Of a stretch of 55,005 nt of DNA, positions 49,159 through 55,005 are shown one piece after another (the stretch's first letter is position 1; each line of letters opens with the position of its first letter). Below the pieces are notes generated by a model. It worked only from the letters and a program-made list of their open reading frames with translations. It did no database searches and was not told the DNA's origin. A program made the position numbers and the translations under genes. Origin of the DNA: a virus (lineage: Duplodnaviria > Caudoviricetes); IMG/VR virus record IMGVR_UViG_3300048113_000456, positions 1 to 55,005 of that record. One strand, given 5' to 3'.

Positions 49159-49631
49159 TCAGCTTCTACCACTGCGTTGTAAGTTCCAGCAGGAAACGCT
49201 TTATCATAGCCGTAGTCTGCTTCAGAATCAATCTTAAACCAAGTACTACCTGCTAAAGTTAAGTCAAACTCTACTGTATTGTTGAACTCTACTTTTGCAG
49301 TTTCATAAGCAGCCATTTCAGCGTTTGAAACTTCTCCAACTGTTACGGCCCCGCTCCAGTTTACTGTATCAAGTAACTCTGGTGAAGAAGAGAAGTCGAT
49401 CGGATAGCTAATACGAGCTTTATAGTAATCTGCGCTTACTACATCGAAACGAACGATTGGAGTTACACCACCATCAGCTGCACCAGTGCTTAACTTGCTT
49501 GGGGTAGGGTTTCCGTACACACCGTCAGTATCAGTTGTAATAACACATTTAGACTCTACAGTACCACTAATAGGTACCTGAGCAAATGCACTCATTGTAC
49601 ATAGGGCTAAAAGTCCAGCTACGTATTTCAT
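49143..49631 (-). CDS. secreted fimbrial-subunit-like protein
   Basis: Signal peptide (AFA); ISGTVESKC N-terminus; AGTYNAVVEAEC C-terminal strand. Confidence 0.55.
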   Translation of the reverse strand: MKYVAGLLALCTMSAFAQVPISGTVESKCVITTDTDGVYGNPTPSKLSTGAADGGVTPIVRFDVVSADYYKARISYPIDFSSSPELLDTVNWSGAVTVGEVSNAEMAAYETAKVEFNNTVEFDLTLAGSTWFKIDSEADYGYDKAFPAGTYNAVVEAECIAK

Positions 49632-50527
49632 TTCTTATCTCCTCGTTGGTACTGCGATTGTACCATCTCTTCGTGTAATATTTGTTGTGCCAGGCCTACA
49701 CGTAGACCTTTTCTGTTTTCCGGAAGCTTAGTATCTGTCATAGACGCTTCTTCTTTGTATTGACCACCACGCATTTCTACGGCCTGATAGTTTTGTATAT
49801 GGTTGTTCATTGCAATCAGCTTATCGGCAGCAGCGACTGCCTGTGCTGTCATAAGTGCAGCATTTACAGCTCCAAGTGCAACTTCAAGTCTTTGTTCTTT
49901 TGAAGCCTCTTTCTCAGCTTCTAAACGCTCTTTTTCTTCGGTCTCTTCATCTTTTAACGATACTTCGTTATCAAGTGCGTCTTTTATAAATTCGTCATCG
50001 AGTGGATCTTTATATTCAAATACATTTTGTACTACGTAAGGGTCTATATACCCAGGACATTCTGGAGATGATTGAGGATCAAAACAAGGATCGTAGCTAT
50101 ACGAGTATACTACTGATGCATCTTGTACTGTCCCAAATCCCTCTACAGAAATAGATCCGGGACCCCATCTACTAATATCAATACCACCTGTAGCAACTAA
50201 TTTGTTAATTGTATTTCCGGGCTTTCCACTCCAGTCGTCTACTTCTCGAAAAATATAACCACTTCCGAGTGCATCTTCGTTTTGTACTGCTACGATCATA
50301 TCTGAAGCAGGATCCTTTACAGTTGTATACCTATAAAATACATTCGATACCTGTAGTCCAGCTTGTTGTGGTAGTACTTGAGACATTACCCAAGCATTTG
50401 CATCAGCAGCTGCATTTCCTGTTGTTCCGTAAACTACTTTTGTATCAGAGTAGGAGTAACAAGAGAAGCAGGATGCCGCCACTAGCAAGTAGGGTGTCAT
50501 CTTCACGTTTATCATCTTCTGTCTCAC
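49628..50527 (-). CDS. putative secreted protein (true start probably 50500)
   Basis: Signal-like MTPYLLVAASCFSCYSYS; DPC.DPQSSPECPGY motif; acidic helical C-terminal half. Confidence 0.65.
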   Translation of the reverse strand: MRQKMINVKMTPYLLVAASCFSCYSYSDTKVVYGTTGNAAADANAWVMSQVLPQQAGLQVSNVFYRYTTVKDPASDMIVAVQNEDALGSGYIFREVDDWSGKPGNTINKLVATGGIDISRWGPGSISVEGFGTVQDASVVYSYSYDPCFDPQSSPECPGYIDPYVVQNVFEYKDPLDDEFIKDALDNEVSLKDEETEEKERLEAEKEASKEQRLEVALGAVNAALMTAQAVAAADKLIAMNNHIQNYQAVEMRGGQYKEEASMTDTKLPENRKGLRVGLAQQILHEEMVQSQYQRGDKK

Positions 50528-50969
50528 TAGGCTTTGCCGATGCGTCAGCTTCCCACGCTAATTTAGCTTCAGGACCAATAAGCCCATCTTTGGGGCATGG
50601 AGTTCCTGCATTCATCATTGCGTCAAACACACGCTTATCTTGACACATTGTAGAAACTGCCGCTACTTTCATACCCATATCAAAAAGAGTCTTGGATAGC
50701 TTTAGTCTTTCACAATTCATGTCTCGCACAGTTTTACCTGCCGAAAGTCCAAGTATTTGCGTTTGTACAGCTCCTGCAATTCCCACAGTACATAAGTCAC
50801 TGTTTGCATTATTCATAGTCGGAATAATTGCAGAAGGTGGTGGAGAGTTGAGTGTAGTACTTGAAGTACTATTTACAGTGCTCTCTGTTTTTGATTCTGT
50901 CTTAATTATGTCCTCTTGTCCAATACTGCTAAAAGACAGTAGTAAGAGGCTCAATAATACACGTTTCAT
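50445..50969 (-). CDS. secreted Cys-rich protein with a C-terminal membrane anchor
   Basis: Signal peptide; SPPPSA, four Cys; ends in GGILLLLLLLL; GGAG RBS. Confidence 0.7.
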   Translation of the reverse strand: MKRVLLSLLLLSFSSIGQEDIIKTESKTESTVNSTSSTTLNSPPPSAIIPTMNNANSDLCTVGIAGAVQTQILGLSAGKTVRDMNCERLKLSKTLFDMGMKVAAVSTMCQDKRVFDAMMNAGTPCPKDGLIGPEAKLAWEADASAKPSETEDDKREDDTLLASGGILLLLLLLL

Positions 50970-50991
50970 TTATTTCTCCAGTTATTGGAAA

Positions 50992-51020
50992 ATTATCTCA
51001 TAGTAGGTAACTTTTGTCAA
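50992..51020 (-). promoter_or_regulatory. sigma70-type promoter of the secreted-protein operon
   Basis: TTGACA-17-GATAAT with extended -10 TG and an upstream A-tract. Confidence 0.75.
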
Positions 51021-51042
51021 GTTATTTTTTTCCTACCCAAGA

Positions 51043-51516
51043 TTATGGTTGTATTGGCCAAGGGGCATCTTCTACACACGTTTCGTCCCCGCTGAGATTA
51101 TCGGTAATATCTCGTAGCTCTTGTCTATATGTAGCCCACAGTGCTTTATCTGTTGCGTTTAATGGACTGTCTGGCATTTGTGTCCAATCACATTCAAATA
51201 ACTTTCGACTACGTTCTAACCGTACTTCGTTTAAAATTATAGCAGAGTCCCAGTTCCAGGCATGAGGTGTGAGACTAGTGTCCCAGTACGCGAAGGCGTT
51301 CGGCTTTTCTGGTACTTCTTTCCACCACTCAATTTCATTACACCATACGTGCCTTTGCATATACTCCCCTATATCAGAGTATTCACCTATATTATATATA
51401 CGGTGTATGATTAAGCCGTTGTCGGCTATATCCCCGTCCTGGCCGTAAGTGCCATTATCTGTTTGTGTTATGTGTATTACGCCGTAAGCGTCATGTAGTG
51501 CTACTATTGGATGCAT
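51043..51516 (-). CDS. tail fibre assembly chaperone-like protein
   Basis: VRLERSRKLFECDWTQMPDSPL...WATYRQELRDIT...WP. Confidence 0.8.
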   Translation of the reverse strand: MHPIVALHDAYGVIHITQTDNGTYGQDGDIADNGLIIHRIYNIGEYSDIGEYMQRHVWCNEIEWWKEVPEKPNAFAYWDTSLTPHAWNWDSAIILNEVRLERSRKLFECDWTQMPDSPLNATDKALWATYRQELRDITDNLSGDETCVEDAPWPIQP

Positions 51517-51518
51517 AT

Positions 51519-52265
51519 TTAGTTCCCTAAAACTTGTTTACCGCGAAGATAGTATTCGCTTTGAAATCTTTCGTAGTTTGAATAAATACTAGCTTGTCCA
51601 TAATGGAATATGCCAGTACCTGCAAAATTGTATGGGAAAGGCCCAGAACCGTTATAAGTGCCAGTGTTATTTGAGAATAAGTATCCTACCCTAAACAAGA
51701 CTCCGGTTGCGGAAATCATTTGTAAGCTAGAAGTGTTATACCATTCTCCGTTATTTATAGTACCTAGTTGATATGTATGATCTCTTCTGCTAGGGGATAC
51801 GTAATCTATTTGTACTTCGTCTTTTGTAGTGAAAGTCCTAGAATCAAAGGTACGGATAGTGTAGGCACCTACTTTATCTAAAGTTTGCAATCCGTAATCG
51901 GAACCACCACTAATTTTATTCATAGGTCGTAGAACTACGTAACTGAGAGAGGTCGGAGCTGTTCCTGTAATAGAGTCTATTTTAAACCAGGTTTCGTATA
52001 TTCTAGCAGGGAACGTAGTAGTTAATTTTGTATACCCTGTTACTAAGAATCGAACATTCGTAGCAACATCTGCGGAAGGCTTAAATAGTACTATATCCTC
52101 ATCATTAAAAGATACGCTCGACCCACCTTGGTTATAAGGATCATAGTTACCTACTCCATTTATAATTCCAGACTCTACAACACTCATGCCTATGTAAGGG
52201 TCATTACTATCAAAAAGAGTAGATCCAGTTGTTTCCGAAAAAACTTGTATTCCATAATCTGCCAT
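51519..52265 (-). CDS. putative tail-tip / receptor-binding-associated protein
   Basis: Two YG(I/L)Q...FDS motifs; aromatic-rich; occupies the T5 pb5-equivalent position. Confidence 0.5.
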   Translation of the reverse strand: MADYGIQVFSETTGSTLFDSNDPYIGMSVVESGIINGVGNYDPYNQGGSSVSFNDEDIVLFKPSADVATNVRFLVTGYTKLTTTFPARIYETWFKIDSITGTAPTSLSYVVLRPMNKISGGSDYGLQTLDKVGAYTIRTFDSRTFTTKDEVQIDYVSPSRRDHTYQLGTINNGEWYNTSSLQMISATGVLFRVGYLFSNNTGTYNGSGPFPYNFAGTGIFHYGQASIYSNYERFQSEYYLRGKQVLGN

Positions 52266-52267
52266 AA

Positions 52268-52567
52268 CTACCTCGTAAACGCAATATAGTAATAAGTTTT
52301 ACTACTACTAGTAGGATTTTGTATTTTAAAGCTATTTGTTAGCTTATCTGTAATATTATACTTTTCTGCAGCACTTTCAGAATAAGATGAAACTTGTCCA
52401 GGCCACACGTAAATATAGTCAACCTCATTTGCTGTTATAGCCGCAGACGTAGAGCCTGCTGATACTGTTACATTGCCAGATGATGTTACTTTTAAAAATG
52501 TATCCATGACGGTACTATCAAAAGTGACGTATCCATTTGCATCAAAACATTTTAAGCCATATGCCAT
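52268..52567 (-). CDS. small tail-tip-associated protein
   Basis: MAYGLKCFDANG..TFDS motif. Confidence 0.5.
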   Translation of the reverse strand: MAYGLKCFDANGYVTFDSTVMDTFLKVTSSGNVTVSAGSTSAAITANEVDYIYVWPGQVSSYSESAAEKYNITDKLTNSFKIQNPTSSSKTYYYIAFTR

Positions 52568-53457
52568 TCTTTTACTCTCGTATTATGAAGTCTACCTTCA
52601 TCTTTTAGCTGTTGCATTGCGTCTTTCAAAACAATCATCCAGTCTACAAAACCTTTGCCACCTTCTTTCTGGCTTTGTAACACAGCAATTCCAGATATGC
52701 GGGCATCGTACATGTAGGTAGGACGCTTCTCGTCATGCGCTACTAGCTCTAACTCTCCTCGATCATGTAAGTCTTTTAACTCTAGAAACTGAAAAGTATC
52801 TTCTCCAACTACAAATCGAGGATCGTAGCGTACTTGTAAGGCTTTTCGTGACATAAATACTACACGAGCTGCTATCTCATCAATTCCCATACCATAATGC
52901 AGAAGAGAAACATAGTCTTGAAAACAGTTTAACTGAGTACCTGTAGTGCCTTTATAGTTATCAACTATCAATTCACCTTTTTTCAGTTCTTCCCAGTCTA
53001 CGACAGCAGATCCTATAGCCATTTGAAAGGGTAAAGTACTAGGATCTAAATGCTGTCGTGAGTCATCTACTAGAAACTCTTTTGATATTGTGTTAACTGG
53101 CCAGGTTTGACTAATTGCGTTTGTTAAAACAACCGCATCGGGTGCATTCTCTAATTCCGCTAGGGATTTGTAGTATTTTACTCCGTACTTTGTCAGGTAA
53201 TCATCACCGTCAATTAAAACTGCATAAGGTACGCCATCTTTGTCAAATTGGTCAAGGAATGAGTTTTTTCCTGTAGCCGCTGTACCGTCACTTTTTGTAA
53301 TAAAATGTCTAATTTTATTTAACTTGCAGTACTTGGACGCCAGAAGCTCGTAGTCTTTGTCAAGTGTGTTAATTATTACAGTTGTGTCCTCTTTCGAAAG
53401 CGTGTCAAACTGCCTTTCGAGAGCGTAAATATTGTGACTTGTAAGTACGTAAAACAT
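52552..53457 (-). CDS. GT-A fold (GT2-like) glycosyltransferase, paralog of 20467-21345
   Basis: KSDGTAATGKNSFLD...LIDGDDYL and GEDT motifs. Confidence 0.7.
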   Translation of the reverse strand: MFYVLTSHNIYALERQFDTLSKEDTTVIINTLDKDYELLASKYCKLNKIRHFITKSDGTAATGKNSFLDQFDKDGVPYAVLIDGDDYLTKYGVKYYKSLAELENAPDAVVLTNAISQTWPVNTISKEFLVDDSRQHLDPSTLPFQMAIGSAVVDWEELKKGELIVDNYKGTTGTQLNCFQDYVSLLHYGMGIDEIAARVVFMSRKALQVRYDPRFVVGEDTFQFLELKDLHDRGELELVAHDEKRPTYMYDARISGIAVLQSQKEGGKGFVDWMIVLKDAMQQLKDEGRLHNTRVKEWHMA

Positions 53458-53484
53458 GTCAAATTCCTTTCAGTTAATGTAGGT

Positions 53485-53513
53485 ATTGTACAACTTCTGT
53501 AAAATTTTGTCAA
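53485..53513 (-). promoter_or_regulatory. sigma70-type promoter at the head of the late block
   Basis: TTGACA-17-TACAAT with an upstream A-tract. Confidence 0.75.
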
Positions 53514-53586
53514 GTTGTTTTTTCGTGTGGTCCTCATATCAGTGACCCCGTTGCAGATTTTTTGGTGCGTACGTCAAAAAGGTTTG

Positions 53587-53615
53587 TTGACTTTTTTCAA
53601 AAAATTTTGTATAAT
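53587..53615 (+). promoter_or_regulatory. sigma70-type promoter of the HNH gene
   Basis: TTGACT-17-TATAAT. Confidence 0.8.
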
Positions 53616-53646
53616 AGTACTTCGAGATTAAAAACTAGGAAATAAT

Positions 53647-54507
53647 ATGAGACGACCACAGAATTTATGTGACACAGGATTACTTCATTGGATAATGAAT
53701 AATGCACTAGAAAAAGAGCCTGAGAATTTAGAAGAAGATTGCTGGATAGCAGAAGAGTCAAAATGCGTTGGAAGAGATTCTAGGCCTATGTTTCGGTTTA
53801 AAAAGAAAAACTATCTGATGTACCGAGCAACTTGGGAAATGTGGCATGGAGTATCCTTTCCAAAAGGGTTACAGGCTAGGCATCTATGTGGTAACGCGAG
53901 GTGTATTAACCCATTACATATAGAACCAGGTACCCAAAGAGAAAATGAATTTGATAAAAAAGAGCCAAAAACAAGACAAACAACTCTTCCAATTACTCCT
54001 GCAAATATCTCTCCAGAAGAAAAAGTAGATTTTTGGCTTGAAAATCATACAAAAGATGTAGATGGTTGTTTAGAATTTTTAGGTTGTGTGGGATCTGATG
54101 GGTACGCTCGAAGAAGTGTGAGGTTTTCTGGAGTTCAGAAAAAACTTGAAGTCCATAGATACGTGTATGCGGTAAAAAATGGCTTAGATTATTTTGATAA
54201 ATCGTGGACAGCTCGACACACTTGCCATAATCGTAGTTGTATCAATCCTGATCATATAATCCCAGGCACAAGAAGTCAGAACTCAATAGACTCAAGAAGT
54301 TATAGCAAATCAACAAAACTTCGAGAGGAAGAAGTTCGAGAAATTATCGATAATTTTTTGAAGATTGAGGAGTGGCCTCTTGGAAGTAAGAAGTCTTTTG
54401 CAAACAAGCAAGCAGAAAAGTACGGAGTAAGTCCTAATACAATAACAAATATTGTATTTAGCAAAACTCGGTGGAAAGATATATTAGAAGAATACGGGCT
54501 ACTTTAA
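53647..54507 (+). CDS. free-standing homing endonuclease with two tandem HNH (His-Cys box-like) domains
   Basis: ARHLCGNARCINPLHIEPGTQREN and ARHTCHNRSCINPDHIIPGTRSQN; C-terminal HTH-like AEKYGVSPNTI. Confidence 0.85.
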   Translation: MRRPQNLCDTGLLHWIMNNALEKEPENLEEDCWIAEESKCVGRDSRPMFRFKKKNYLMYRATWEMWHGVSFPKGLQARHLCGNARCINPLHIEPGTQRENEFDKKEPKTRQTTLPITPANISPEEKVDFWLENHTKDVDGCLEFLGCVGSDGYARRSVRFSGVQKKLEVHRYVYAVKNGLDYFDKSWTARHTCHNRSCINPDHIIPGTRSQNSIDSRSYSKSTKLREEEVREIIDNFLKIEEWPLGSKKSFANKQAEKYGVSPNTITNIVFSKTRWKDILEEYGLL

Positions 54508-54519
54508 GTAGCCTTTTTT
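54497..54519 (+). terminator. rho-independent terminator
   Basis: GGCTACT-TTA-AGTAGCC followed by T6. Confidence 0.8.
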
Positions 54520-54600
54520 GTACGTGTTGACCCCGTTATAGACTCCTTTAATCGTTTTTGATTTTTACTTGTGGTTTACGTGTTGGGGTGCGCGCTCTGC

Positions 54601-54758
54601 CACTGGTCGGACCAGTCAATTAACTGCCCCCCACTGGTCAACCACTTGTTGCGAATGATTCTCATTTGCATTCAGTGTCATCTTGCTAACCAGGTCAAAT
54701 GCGAACGGTTCGCATTTGCATACTTATGCACTTTTTATTCACTGGTCTGAACAGTGAA
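54601..54758. promoter_or_regulatory. array of palindromic operator-like sites (FadR/GntR-like x3, Fur-like x2)
   Basis: ACTGGTC-G-GACCAGT; CACTGGTC occurs three times; GCGAATGATTCTCATTTGC; CAAATGCGAAC-G-GTTCGCATTTG. Confidence 0.55.
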
Positions 54759-54776
54759 ATTAATTGCATTTAGGGG

Positions 54777-54804
54777 TTGCACTTTTTTTCAATCAGCGTA
54801 TAAT
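54777..54804 (+). promoter_or_regulatory. sigma70-type promoter (probable pre-early)
   Basis: TTGCAC-16-TATAAT. Confidence 0.6.
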
Positions 54805-54864
54805 GATCTTATCGGTTAGGGGGAATGAGCAAGAAAAAACTTGCAAATTAATTTAAAAAAACCC

Positions 54865-54893
54865 TTGACTTTAGCAGATAAATTTGAGATACT
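54865..54893 (+). promoter_or_regulatory. sigma70-type promoter (probable pre-early)
   Basis: A-tract, TTGACT-17-GATACT with extended -10 TG. Confidence 0.7.
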
Positions 54894-54937
54894 AACACTG
54901 TCAATTAAGACATTAACTTTTTAAGGATACCATTATC

Positions 54938-55005
54938 ATGGCTTATACTACTACTATGATCGCGCAGATCGAAAATGCACAACCTCTTAACCTTGAAATC
55001 GCTAA
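54938..55005 (+). CDS. start of a gene truncated by the window edge (possibly T5 A2/D5-like DNA-binding protein)
   Basis: AAGGA RBS; MAYTTTMIAQIENAQPLNLEIA... Confidence 0.45.
   Translation, partial: MAYTTTMIAQIENAQPLNLEIA

Noticed and set aside
53458-54937. tRNA genes, integrase/att site or prophage boundary
   Set aside because: No cloverleaf, integrase, repressor or host genes are recognisable; the content fits a lytic T5-like genome

Overview
A 55-kb segment of a lytic T5-like (Demerecviridae-like) siphophage, probably marine; a gammaproteobacterial host is inferred from sigma70 promoters and FadR/Fur-like boxes. On the + strand (1-9.9 kb) is the T5-type replication/recombination block: D10 helicase, D11, SbcCD-like D12/D13, D14, D15 flap endonuclease, class Ia nrdAB, plus an inserted JmjC oxygenase. 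On the - strand (9.9-53.5 kb) is the late module: terminase, portal, a fused protease-capsid gene, neck, tail, tape measure and fibres. The right end holds a double-HNH cassette, an array of operator-like sites and the start of a probable pre-early gene. The main discovery is a 2084-aa Thr-rich protein whose two halves are 'reverse complements' of each other at the amino-acid level. Aromatic residues in one arm face Arg/Lys/aliphatic residues in the other, and the irregular 4/6 spacing is mirrored, which implies a roughly 300-nm self-registering antiparallel beta-hairpin fibre with an ~80-aa tip domain. The central tail protein shows a similar out-and-back design: two uninterrupted collagen blocks of exactly 100 Gly-X-Y triplets each flank a carbohydrate-binding-like module. 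Both fibre genes are followed by glycosyltransferase-like or oxygenase genes, suggesting phage-encoded fibre modification. All functional calls come from motif recognition and gene order; no database searches were run.
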